From contig NW_003314425.1 of the NCBI RefSeq assembly GCF_000143415.4, positions 149,455-213,454 on the forward strand: a DNA stretch of 64,000 nucleotides. The letters are read 5' to 3'. The translations under genes and the position numbers were made by a program. This stretch comes from Selaginella moellendorffii. Lineage: Eukaryota > Plantae > Lycopodiophyta. Below the pieces are notes generated by a model. That model was not told the DNA's origin and made no database searches. It saw only the letters and a program-made list of their open reading frames with translations. Below, piece after piece: positions 24,657 to 36,478 of the stretch. Within the stretch, counting starts at the first letter, position 1. Each line of letters opens with the position of its first letter.

Positions 24657-25639
24657 GGGGTATTTTGAAGATTGCGTGTTTGATACGAACACGCCATGAC
24701 TGCTGTGGTGGTTCGGGCATGCCAAACCTGGATTTTCCGAAGGTAGGACCAGCCTAAATTTGGGTGGCAACAAGTTTGGTAGAGAGAGAACACATGTGTA
24801 TGTGTACTGAATGTAAAACTTTTTATGTAAATATAAAAATCATTGGATAAAACCCAGCACCATCTTGATTGATCTCTCTGCATCTTATGGAGGGCAATCA
24901 GATTACGATTTTTCCAGTAAGCAGGTGCTGCTGCTGCTGGAGAGGCTGAAGGATGCTCCGCAAATTGAGCTGCAAGCGCTCCACAAGCTTGGAGCTTCTC
25001 GTGCAGCAAGAAAGTCCTATCGAGTTGCAAGGCGCTGGTGGGATCTGGGTGATTTGATCTAGAGGAGCCAGGAGATGGACTCAACGAGGCAATTTCAGGA
25101 TGTGATCAATGGGTTTTGACATTCCAGATTAGGAATGGGATGAATTGATTGTCCTAAAGCATCACAGTGCTCCAACTGTCACTTGCTACACTTACACTAA
25201 CGTTGGAGCAGACTGGAATGACACTGCTCTCTAGCATTCAAGAGGACAAGGTGATTGGAAGTTGAGATGAAGTGCAAACACTTAGCAATTTTGAGGTTTA
25301 CTCAAACACAATGAATCCATGCACTTTGCAGAGAGAGAGAGAGAGAGAGAATTGCTTTGATTGATGACGTGGTTTTGCATAGTACATACATGGCTTTGTG
25401 ATGCCCATCCAAAGGCCATTACAAGAAAGTGATGTCAATGTGTTTGAAAATAGTGTAAAATACTTTTTGTAGTAAACGATAAAAATCACGTGAACTCTTC
25501 TTCTAGGTTCGAGCCCGAGCCTCCAAATCACTTTTCCGTTCACAGACTTCAAAATACCTATGATCTCTTAATTTTTAAATACTCTTCTTTTGTATTCCAA
25601 CGCTAGAACATGTTTTTTGACTAAACGGCTTTGTCCGCA

Positions 25640-26060
25640 ATGGCTAGAGATCGTCATAGCTAGCACTTCGATTATCCGCTCATTCATTCATTCTATATCA
25701 GGTACTTCGATGCTCTTATTTCCACACTGCTCACTGTTCGTGAATTATCTAAGCTTTTACGATCTGTGAAAAGCTTAAACTTCACGAACAGTGAGCAGTG
25801 TGGAGGTAAGAAAATCGAAGATCATACCACGAAAGCAAGCTTTTCACAAGCTCTTGATTTGACCACCAAAAGGTTGTCCAGGCCTTTTCAAGTCACGTGA
25901 TGGCAGTACGTATCCAGACGATAGTTTTGTTGATATTTTGGATGGTTCTTCTTGGGTGCTAGCGCCAAGGGTGACAATTACTCCAGAAACGTGGCCCCAG
26001 TATGGAGTGCAACCTTGCAATCCAAAAATTCACATATTTCCTGGCGCTTGGAGTCAACCA
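25640..26060 (+). pseudogene. Eroded 3-methyladenine glycosylase remnant containing a hairpin
   Basis: 'gctcattc..tatcaggtacttcgat', 'gatattttggatggttcttct', 'accttgcaatccaaaa' match the intact gene. Confidence 0.55.
25705..25820. repeat. Long inverted repeat / hairpin
   Basis: 25721-25744 is the exact reverse complement of 25781-25804; imperfect pairing extends inward and outward. Confidence 0.85.
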
Positions 26061-26757
26061 TCCAGGCTTTTAAATCTTGTTTTACGTGTGTAAAAGTTTA
26101 TTATTTCTCAAATGCTCCTGTGTAGAAATATTCTTTGATTTAGTTTTACTTTAGGTTAGGGCTTTGCCCAACTACCTTTAACATAATTATAAATCAAAAC
26201 AAGCTTGATTGGTGGAGCATGTCAAACTTGTAATCTGCTAGTGCCCAAGTACAACACGTAACAAGTTTCATTTAGTGAAGACTGACTACAAAGTCAAGCT
26301 GAACAAATTGCAGTATGGTGAGACGCTGCATTACGTTTCTCCCGGAACTAGTTGGACAATTCAAGCATACAGTGCATATCAAATATCGCAATATTATAAT
26401 TATTGTGGTTACCGACGTATCCCTTAAGTCCATGTATAATCAACACGTTTTTCCAGTTATAGCCAGTCAAATAAACTTTGACTTCTGTTTTACTTAACTC
26501 TGTTACCTTACTCTTCTCCCAGTGAAGATCATCGCGTTAATGGCTCTGCAGCGAACGAATTGTCCACAAAAGAAGCTTCTATACTCACTGCTTCAAATCA
26601 AAAGGAGGTTTATCAATCAAGTTCAGTGGACCTTGAAGTTGTCATTCAACATTTGGGGGGTTACAGCGAATAAACTGAAAATGAAAACCAAACACTATCA
26701 AACTTGCACGGCAATTATTGTCAATCCTTTTATTTGGAAGACGTCCAAAGCCTAGCT

Positions 26758-27162
26758 TCAGTTCTCCACGGCGTTGGGATTTCCAGAGTCCCTGCAATTC
26801 GCACAATAATTCAGTGTGGCCTCGCAATTGCCCCCGTCGAATGCATGGCTTCCACAGAGTCGGCAAGGCTGGTTGTCATACACATGGAGAAACTGCTGCT
26901 TGAGAACTGCCCCACTCACGGATGGATAGTTGCCATCGCACCTGAAAATTGCAGTGCAATGGCCAGAAACACGAGAAGTGAAGCCATTGTAGATTGTTCC
27001 GTCGGTGTAGCGAGAGATCGCTCGCCGGCAATCGGCCTGGTTGACGCGAGATCCACAGAGTCCAGAGCCATTGCAGTTGTCGTTCTTGGCGCAGTTGGAG
27101 GGGCCAAGAAAGATCACGAGAAGAATAGCAAGAAGAGAAAAGAGCTTGAGAGAAGACTCCAT
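26758..27162 (-). CDS. Secreted KP4 killer-toxin-like protein, copy 3
   Basis: 134 aa; near-identical to copies 1 and 2. Confidence 0.8.
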   Translation of the reverse strand: MESSLKLFSLLAILLVIFLGPSNCAKNDNCNGSGLCGSRVNQADCRRAISRYTDGTIYNGFTSRVSGHCTAIFRCDGNYPSVSGAVLKQQFLHVYDNQPCRLCGSHAFDGGNCEATLNYCANCRDSGNPNAVEN

Positions 27163-27379
27163 TCGAATATGTTAGAAAGAATCCTGTAATGAGGAGCTGA
27201 AGTATGAAGAATGATTTTGCCAATGGAATGGTTTGGTTTATATAGGGGTATTTTGAAGACTGCGTCATACAGTGTTTACATGATCTCTTGATTTTTAACT
27301 TATTTTCTAATGCAAGAACTTGTTTACAATTAGAACATGTTATTTGACTAGACTCGCACCAGCAATGGGCTAGAGATCG

Positions 27380-27680
27380 TCACAGCTAGCACATTCGATT
27401 GTCCACCCATTCGTTCTTGTGCTCCTGTATCAGGTACTTCGATTTTCTTACACTGTTCAGTGTCTGTGAATTTTCAAAGTATACAATAAGCTGTCTGCAG
27501 GCTCTTGAATTCCACCGATTTAAGGTTGAGCCATCCTTTGCATTTAATAAGTTACGGGATTCATCTACAGATGATAGTTTTGTTGTTTTCCTTGGCTAGT
27601 TCTTTCTCCAGTGCCAAAACGTGACCGCAGTATGGAAGAAAAACCTTGCAACCCCAAAAGCAATTTTAAGTACTTGTTAA
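27380..27680 (+). pseudogene. Eroded 3-methyladenine glycosylase remnant
   Basis: 'cattcgttcttgtgctcctgtatcaggtacttcgat' and 'accttgcaaccccaaaagc' match 29620-29655 and 30093-30111. Confidence 0.6.
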
Positions 27681-27769
27681 ATCTCATCAAACTTTTACCA
27701 AGCAATAAGACAAGGTAAGCTTCATGGATCACTCGCATAAACAGTTCGATAAGAAAAAGAAGAAACTCA

Positions 27770-28390
27770 AATAAGTTTGTTTCTTCTAGCCATTCTCGTT
27801 GTTATCTATCAGCTGAATTCATGCCATGCACCACCAGGTGGAGTTTTGGTAACAAGGAGACAAAGTGCTTCATTTCAGAACGCTCGAACTTGTCGTGGGT
27901 GTTCCTAAGAATACGTTTGTGCATGTCAATTTTCTAGTGCTTAGTAGAGCGTTCAGGAGACTGGAAGAGTTAGATCCTGATGAATTAATAATCCAACTTC
28001 TCATGACTTAAATCGTTTGATGATCACAAGTATCACAACCTTCACATGGGTTTGACAGTGATATAAAAGATTGTTGGGTCTATATCACTAGTCAGTGGAT
28101 CTAGAAACAATCTTTGTTCATACTTACTCAGTGGAAGCAGCTTAACCTCAGTTGATCATTCTTATAGGTTGACAGTCCCAAAGACATGCAATCTCATACT
28201 ACAGAATCCGAAGGGAATAATTAAATGGAACTCGGGAACACAATGTTCCCGAGTTAGCAACTCAAGGTTGCTAAATGGCAATAATTGGTTCTTGGATCTA
28301 AAGGAGGGGTATGGTCTAGCACTTGCGTGATGGTTACTGGGCCATTTACAGAACAGAGACCGCTAAACCTATCTGGAGACCTTCCTAAGA
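27770..28390 (+). pseudogene. Pseudogene of the secreted unknown-domain + B-lectin gene (paralogue of 37411-38315)
   Basis: Shared blocks 'aatacgtttgtgca', 'tgatcacaagtat', 'ttgttgggtctatat', 'ttataggttgaca', 'gccatttacagaacaga' with deletions and frameshifts. Confidence 0.75.
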
Positions 28391-28509
28391 TAATCATCCT
28401 TCAAGTATTAATCTGTTTTTTAATGTTCGAGTTTGGTTATTTTACTCATTAGAGCGGAAAACATTGTCTTATTCTTTGTTTTCTTAAAACATGACGAGAG
28501 TCTCAGTAG

Positions 28510-28815
28510 CTTCAGTTCTCCACAGCGTTTGGATTTCCAGAGCTGGAGCAGTAGTTCAGTGTGGCCTCGAATGCGTGGTTTCCGCAGAGTCGGCAAGGCT
28601 GGCATGAAGGCTGTACCACTCACAGACACCTGAAATCGCGGTGCAATAACCAAGTGAAGCCATTGTAGCTTGTTCCATCGGTGAAGCGAGAGATTGCTCG
28701 TCGGCAATCGGCCTGGTTGACTCGGGAGCCACAGACTCCTGAGCCATTGCAGTTGTCGTTCTTGGTGCAGCTGGACGAGCCAACAAAGATCACAAGAAGA
28801 AAAGCAAGGAGAGAT
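28510..28815 (-). pseudogene. KP4-like pseudogene, copy 4
   Basis: Homologous to copies 1-3 ('gagccattgcagttgtcgttcttgg', 'ttccgcagagtcggcaaggctgg') with several short deletions and no start codon. Confidence 0.8.
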
Positions 28816-28971
28816 TTGCTAGAAAGAATGCTGCAATGATTTTTGTAATGGGATAGTCTGGTTTATATAGTTGGATTTTGAAGACCGAGTCCTACAGTGT
28901 TACATGAACTCTCAATCTTTAAAGTTTTTTTCTAGACTCTAGGGCCCAAGAATTAGGGCTTTAGCTCGGCA

Positions 28972-30119
28972 ATGGCGGTGAATGACGATGTAGAGAATGT
29001 GAGGCGATCGTCACGGCTAGCATCGCAAGGGGAAGTAGATTGGGAGGAAAAGTTCGCATTGTCAAGATCTTCGCAAGAGCAGGCCAAGAAAATCCGAAGA
29101 AAGCGCATTTCCATGGCGATTTGTAGCGAAAATCCTGCAGCTCCAAAGAAGAATGTGGTATATGTGAGACGAGCCGAGAGAGAAGAGCAAGCTCCAATCT
29201 GTAAAACTCCAAATCTCAAGGAAGTTTTACCGCTAAAGCAATCGTTCTTCGAGTGTGACGCGGTGGATCTTGCGCCACGGCTGCTAGGAAAGCTTCTTCG
29301 TCGAGAAGACGTTGTCTTGCAAATAACCGAGGTCCGAGCTCTGGTTTTTCTTTTTCCTCATTTATTTTCCTCTCTAAAACTTGCGACCAATGTTTACCAG
29401 GTTGAAGCTTATCGGCAGGACGACACTGCGTGCCATGCGCGCTTCGGTAAAACTCCACGCACGGCTCCCTTGGTATGAAATTCTTTTTTCAAAGCTCTCA
29501 ATACGTTTCTTTGCTTTTAGTTTGGACAAGGAGGGCATGCCTACGTCTATCTGTGCTATGGTCTTCACGTAATGCTAAACGTTGTGGCTGATAAGGATGG
29601 TGTTGGTGCCGCTGTGCTCATTCGTTCCTGTGCTCCTGTATCAGGTTCTTCGATATCGCAATCTTTTGCTCTCTTTAATCTCATTAGCTCGATCGTTTTG
29701 TGAAGGTCTGGAAACGATTCAAACTCGCAGAAAGCAGCAAACTATTAAGCCTATACTGCTCACTGGCCCGGGAAAGGTTCGTGGTCTTTGCTACAACTTT
29801 AGGAACTAGAAACGCTTACGATCTTTGCAATGGACAGATTGGACAAGCTCTTGGATTGACTACTCAATGGTCGAGCCATCCTTTGTTCTCGCCAGGTATG
29901 AGCTAAGTTACGTGATATTCTCCACTTGAGAGATCTTCTCGAACAGGTGGTCTTGAGATTTTGGATGGTTCTTCTCCGGATGCCATTCTTGTCGGGCCAA
30001 GGGTAGGAATCGAATATGCACTGCCCAAGGACGTGATAGCATTGTGGAGATTTGCTATCGCTGGCACTCCTTGGGTGAGTGCTCCAAGAAATACCTTGCA
30101 ACTCCAAAAGCACTTGTAA
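28972..30119 (+). CDS. MAG: DNA-3-methyladenine glycosylase (AAG/MPG family), 6 exons
   Basis: 'DAVDLAPRLLGKLL..LQITE|VEAY..DTACHARFG', 'GHAYVYLCYGLHVMLNVVAD..GAAVLIRS', 'LLTGPGK|IGQALG', 'GPRVGIEYA..WRF'; TAA at 30117-30119. Confidence 0.92.
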
Positions 30120-30236
30120 GTATACTCTAAATCGTCTTCTCCTCACGCTTGGAAATCAACGATCTTGCCTTTGCCTAAAGGCAAGCTTTAAAGTCTTATT
30201 AGATAAATCACACAAGAAAGTTTTCAGGGCTGAAGT

Positions 30237-30525
30237 ATGAGATCGTTTATTCTAGCAGCTCTCATTCTAATCTCTCAGCTGGATTCACTGCCAGGTGCCC
30301 CTGCAACAAGTAAGAACAATGGTAGAAATAATACAAGGCTACGTTAGAGATATAGGTGATAACATTTCATTTCAGTTTCTACGTCAGACTACTAGTAGAG
30401 CGTATCATAAGAACACGGGTATGTGTACCATGCATACTGGACAGTGTGTTTGGCCAAGATATGGCAATTAACCAGTTTTTGCTAAACTTCTCGTCGCTGA
30501 AATCGTCCGATGACCACAAACATAG
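30237..30525 (+). pseudogene. Truncated paralogue of the secreted protein at 37411
   Basis: Starts 'atgagatcgtttattctagcagctctcattctaatctctc' like 37411, then collapses through deletions. Confidence 0.7.
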
Positions 30526-30546
30526 ACCGATATTGTTGGGCCAGTA

Positions 30547-30694
30547 CTACGTCACTGATAGCAAACAGGGGAATAATTACATTAGCTAATGAAACTGCTA
30601 ATGTTAACCTTTTTAGGATCCTACGTCACTGATAGCAAACAGGGGAATAATTACATTAGCTAATAAAACTGCTAATGTTAACCTTTTTAGGATC
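30547..30694. repeat. Two 74-bp direct tandem repeats
   Basis: 'ctacgtcactgatagcaaacagggg...tttttaggatc' at 30547 and 30621, one mismatch. Confidence 0.9.
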
Positions 30695-30939
30695 TTGTGA
30701 TCTGCTAGGAGAGAACTACCATAAATGTCGAGCTGAAGACTTTTTCCGCAAGGGCTGCACTCAGAAGTATAAACTTGAAGGCTCCAGTTCGTCTCTAGGC
30801 TCTAGTACAGGAGATAGGTGAGCCATGAAATTGAAGGGTTCGTAGACTTTCATCATTTTAGTGTCCTGAAGCTGACAATCTTTGAGTCCAAGTTTGGAGC
30901 TGAAAAGAGTGGTCCATGAGTTTGAAAATTCCTCAATGT

Positions 30940-31042
30940 ATCAGGAGCACAGGAACGAATGCACAGCGGCACCAACACCATCCTTATCAGCCACAAAGTT
31001 ACGTGAAGATCATAGCACAGATAGACGTAGGCATGCTCCCTG
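30940..31042 (-). pseudogene. Inverted copy of glycosylase exon 3
   Basis: Reverse complement of ~29530-29640 with small deletions. Confidence 0.8.
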
Positions 31043-31157
31043 TATCATGTACTTCAATTCCGCAATCCTACTTAGTCTCATTAGGGTTTAAAGGAAATAT
31101 TCGCACATTTTGATATATTTATTTATTACTATTATATAAATATTCCAAATATACTTT

Positions 31158-31331
31158 TGTGAGGGCCAAGTGTATGGCTACGATGCCGTATACTAATATT
31201 AACGTAGTGGATTTTGGTAGCCGTCGGATTGGTTTCAATCCGGACCACTCGCTCCTGTATATAAACTAGGGTTTTTGGGCTAATTAATATGCACATTTCT
31301 GTATTCTCTTTCCATATTCCATGCACTCACA
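31158..31331 (+). repeat. 5' LTR (174 bp)
   Basis: Matches 36479-36652; I counted 9 differences, all transitions. Confidence 0.93.
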
Positions 31332-32239
31332 TTGGTGGAGGTGAGGGGCACTTTTGATTGTCTCTAGGGAGTGCTTGGATTTGGGATTTCGGTTTAGATC
31401 TAGCTTTTGTATCGTCTAGATTTAGCTTTTTCCATTTCCTTTCTTTTGTTCTTTCCTTTCAGGATTTTGGTTTAGATCTAACTTTTTGCATTGTCTAGAT
31501 CTACCATTTCTTTCCAACTTTTTTGTCATTTCCCTTCTTTTGCTCTTTCTTTTTAGTTCATCTTCATGGCTGATCTGCAATCTCCTCCTTTGACTCTAGA
31601 GTAGCAGTTGGTTCAATTGTTTGATGTTATGCGCTTGCAATTGAACAACCAAACTCAGTTGATGGCGGCGTTCATGGCACATGGTACAACTCCTCCTGCT
31701 CTTGGTGCCAATCCTCGCGTTCGGCCAGAGTTCTTTCACGGGAATCCTAGGGATGATGTGTACCATTGATTCGATCACTTTACAGTGATTAGGAAGGCCA
31801 TACCTAATGTTGGGTGATGAACTGACCATTGAGAAGTCCAAAACTAGAGTGAATACGGACCGACAAGTGGGGGAGAGTACCCACGAGGCTTGCGTAAGGC
31901 CACGGTGTTCCGAAATGTTGTCCCAAACTCCCAGACGGTGAAAAGGAAGAGGAGCCGTCCTCTAGTGTAGAGACCAAGGATATGGTCATGTGAGGAGGAA
32001 GTTGTGAGACACAAAATCCCTAGGCCCCAAAGTGGAGCCGGAAGGGGCCATGTGGTGGTGGCCGAAGCGAAAACCAAACGAGCGTAACACATTTGGACTA
32101 AAAGCTCCGACTTGAAAGGTTGAGAGCGGGAGTGGAACTCCCAACAAAGTACTCGAAGAACGAGCATGAAGCGAGCAATAAGCGAGGCTTCAAAAAGGGA
32201 CCCAAAAGGACCAACACATGACACGTGGAAGTGTCCGAG

Positions 32240-32421
32240 ATGGACCTGAGTTGGAGTCCGAAGTGGAGTCGGAGAAGGACCCCGAGATGGAGTCTGAGGT
32301 GGAGTCCGAGGTGGACCCGAGATGGAGTCCAAGATGGATCCGAGATTGAGTCCGAGATGGATCCGAGATTGAGTCCGAGATGGACCCGAGATGGAGTCCG
32401 AGATGGACCCGAGATGGAGTC
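32240..32421. repeat. ~12-bp tandem repeat (CCGAGATGGAGT-like) in a foreign insert within gag
   Basis: About 14 degenerate units; a related decayed array lies on the opposite strand at ~45280-45415. Confidence 0.85.
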
Positions 32422-35400
32422 AAACGTGCCTTCGGACATGCCGATGATTGTGATGATGCTTTCCAACAATTGCATTGTCTTCGCCAAGGGCCATCTGAGT
32501 CGGTGATGCAATTTGGCGTTCGTTTCCGAAGTCTTTTGCTTCGTGCGGAGCCAAATATGTCGGAGCGGATCAAGCTAGGAATGTTGTGGCCAGCACTTCG
32601 TCAAGATCTTGTCGGACTTGTGCATGCACTTGCTCCTGCCACCCTTGATGATGCTCTTCGCTTGGCACAACGTTATGAGAAGTTGCCTCTTCCACTTCTC
32701 GCTGCACATCCTTCTGCTCCACTTCTTATGGGTGATAGTCCTGTTCCAATGGAGGTTGATGCTGCTGCTGCTCAAGTCCAAGGACAAGCACGAGGACATG
32801 GTCGTGGCCGTGATGTTCACTGCTGGGCGTGTGATGAAGTTGGTCATACTTATCGGCGTTGCCGTCGTTTTCCGGATTGGCAACCTCCATTTCCTGGGTG
32901 GAGACCTTGGCATCAGCAACGTCCCCTGGGTGCTGCTGCAGTGGAAGGTCTGGACACCGAGATGCATCCGGGAAACGAGGAGTCGTGCGAGTAACGGAGG
33001 GACCTTGCGCGAATAAATCAGTGACCCCTCCATCTTTCTTTCGGGAGTATCATCAAGGGGTTCACTCGGCACCAGTTCATCAAGTGTTTACTTTCCAAGC
33101 TCGTTTTTATAACAAGAAGTCTCCTATTATTCTCTCCGTGTTGGTTGATACAGGTTCGAGTTTATCTTCTATTGCTCGACCTATTGCCACACGTTGTCGT
33201 CTACACTTGCGTCGTGCAGCAGAACCAGTTTTCATTCTTTATGGCAACGGCCGTACACATGCATGTGCACGGGATGAAGTGGACCTGGTTGTGCGTGTGA
33301 GTGATCTCGAGCTTGAGTTGCAGTCGTTGCGGGTGGTGCTGAGTCAAGCTTTTGACCTCATTCTTGGTATGGATTGGTTGCAGCGCAATCATGCCAAGTG
33401 TGACTTTGAGGCTTCTCCCCCTTGTCTCATACTTCCTTATGTTTCATCCATTCCTCTCACTTTTATACCCCTTCGTCCCTTTACTTCTACCTCTGCTTCC
33501 ATTACTTTTGTTCCCCCACTCTTTCCTTCTGTGTTTCCATCTTGTTCTGCTTTTCCCTTTTCTGATCCCTCCGACGCTCTTTGTGTTGCAGCAGTTGACT
33601 GGCTCATGAAGGAGTATTCTGATCTCTTTGAATTTGACCTATCGTCTGGGGCCAAGATTGCCACACGTCATCCGATTCCAACCGGGGATGCTCGTCCAAT
33701 TAAGGTTCCTGTTCGTCGTCAGTCACCTAAGGAGATCAAGATTTTACGAGCAAACGTCAAGGAAATGCTGGAGAAGGGTGTTATTCGGAAGTCACGGAGT
33801 CCTTAGGCATGTGAACCTCATCTTGTGACGAAGCCTGATGGGAGTATTTGTTTCTGCATCGACTATCGTCTGTTAAACGAAGTGACGATCCCAGATGTGT
33901 ATCCTCTTCTTCACACTGCTGATCTCTTGGATCGTTTGGGGCGAAGTCGTTGGTTCACCAAGCTAGATCTTGCTTCTGGGTATTGGCAAGTACCGATGGC
34001 TAAAGAAGATATTCCTAAGACTGCATTTTGTACACCATTTGGTTTGTATGAGTTCTTGGTGATGCTGTTTGGTTTGAACAATGCTCCAGCAACTTTTCAG
34101 TGGATGATGGACGAGGTTCTTTGCGATATGCTAGAGGTGACTGCTGACTTCATTGATGATGTCTTGATCCACTCGAAGGGGATGTGGGAGGAGCACGTTC
34201 GTGATGTTTGTAAAGTGTTGGATCGGTTACGCGATGTTGGTTTAAAGCTGAAGCGGTCAAAGTGCGTGTTTGGGTCCAAGGACACAACTTATCTTGGGTA
34301 CCGTATTTCTCGTGAGGGTTTGCAAGTTGATCCTAACAAACTTGTGGCTGTTCTAAAGTTCCTTACTCTGAAGTGTGTGAATGATGTGCAATGCTTTTTG
34401 GGTAAGGTGCAGTATCTTGGTCGTTTTGTGGATCATCTTTCCGATTGCACTACACCATTGCGAGCGTTGCTGAAGTCATTAACGTCATCTTTCATCTGGT
34501 CTCCGGATTGTGAGCGGGCGTTCATGGATCTCAAAAAGCTATTGACGACTCCTCCAGTTTTGGCGTATCCTAACTATACTCGACCTTTTATTTTGCACGT
34601 GGATGCTTCTGACATTGGTCTTGGAGGTGTGTTGATGCAAGAGAGCTCGAGTGTGCCTGGTCAGCGCCATCCCATTGCATACATAAGCCGTACATTACAA
34701 CCAGCGGAGATGAACTACTCCATGATGGAGAAGGAGTGTTTAGCAGCAGTCTGGGGTTTCGAGAAACTTCATGCATATTTACATGGTTCTCGGACGTTAC
34801 TTGAAGGTGACCATGCTGCTGTTACTTCATTATTGAAGTGGAAGAACCTGGTTGGTCATACAGCTTGATGGGCTTTGAAGCTTCAGATATATGATTTCGA
34901 TGTTGTTCATCACCCAGGGAGTTCTATGGCTGATGCTGATGCCCTTTCTCGAGCTCCTCTCACTTCCCATGTTTCTGACGAACCTGTTGTTCCAGCATCT
35001 GTGGATTTTCTAGATGAGGATTCTGTGCTGTCGGCGGTTGTTGTCCTTGACGTTCAGTGTCCACAAGGTGCAGAGCAAGATCTACCTTCTCTTGATGAGG
35101 TTCGCGAGGCTCAAAAAATTGAGCCGTGGATTCGAAGGCTTCGAGATGGGTTTGAGAATCCTGCATCACTTGCTGACGACTTGCCTTTTCGGCATTTACA
35201 TTCTCAATATCGCCTTGAAGATGGCCTTCTTTATTTTGTGGGGACGGATCCTGATGATCATTTATGATTGGTGGTGCCTTTGGTGTTTATTCCGCGGTTT
35301 CTCCATGCCTACCATGATTCTCCTATTCTAGGTGGGCATATGGGACACCGTCGTATCACCGAGAAGCTGCGCAGGTCTTTCTATTGGCTGGAGATGCGAC

Positions 35401-36478
35401 GTGATATTATCCGGTATGTGCGTAGCTGCGTTTGGTGCCAAGCTCGTAATACTCCACCTTGTGCTGTGGAAGGACGGTTGGAGTCAATTGTAGTTTCCCG
35501 TCCGTTTGAGTTGGTGGCATTTGATCTTATGGGACCTTTTCCACGATCGACTGCTGGCAATGAGTATGTTATTATTGCTTCTGACTACTTGACTCGTTGG
35601 GTGGAAGTTGGTGTTCTTGCTAGCGCCTCTGGAACTGTTGTTGGATACTTCCTCCTCAATCGAGTGGTGTTCCAGCATTCTTGTCCAGAGCGGATTCTTT
35701 CGGATAATGGTCCTGCATTTATGGCTGAGGTATTTCATGTTTTGACATCTCGGTTGGGGATATGCCACACTTTTATGAGTGCTTATCATCCACAATCAGA
35801 CGGTCTGGTGGAACGTCTCGTTCGGACATTCAAAGGGATGATTGCAAAGTATGTGAACTTTCAGCATTCGGATTGGGATGGTTATTTGCCGTCTCTTCGG
35901 TATGCATATGTCACAGGGGTGTAGAGTTCTATTAGTGCTTCACCATATAAACTTCTATATGGTCATGATCCAATATTACCAACAGAGTTGGGTTTACCTT
36001 CGCGATTGCCACGAGCTCCTGATGCTAGGTCATGGGATCAGTATTTGACAAGCATTCTTCCACTTGTCCGAGCAGAGTCTGCCGAACACTTAGGCTGCAT
36101 ACAAGTGGGACAATAACAGCGCTACAACTCCCATCATCATCCACCTGCGGAGTACAAAGTGGATGATTTGGTGTTAGTCCATTTTCCCCATCTTACAGTA
36201 CGTGGTTTATCGAAGGGGCTCCTTGCGCAGTGGAAAGGACTATATCAGGTGTTGCGGCAAGTTGGACCGCAAGTTTATGAGGTTTGGCATGACGTTCAGC
36301 AGGCCGATCCTCCGGAGATTGTGCATGTGCAGCGGTTAAAATGCTTCATACAAAGGGATCAGGAGCAGTTAATACCATCTACAGATCTGCCGATGCCTCC
36401 TCCTGACGTTCCTCCAGATCCCGGCCCATCTACAAGAGAACTCTGACGGCCTTCCATTATTCCGAGAGGAGGGGATGA

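Noticed and set aside
19624-27268. Antisense and alternative-frame ORFs over the KP4-like genes (19624-19983, 24152-24625, 26704-27189)
   Set aside because: They recur only because the sense genes are near-identical; starts and ends are inconsistent.
30700-30930. Possible LRR-like coding remnants here and at 24865-25260
   Set aside because: Too degenerate to support without a database search.
32098-32573. Repetitive ORFs on both strands, or a possible CRISPR-like array
   Set aside because: Translations of a 12-bp tandem repeat with no unique spacers; eukaryotic TE context.
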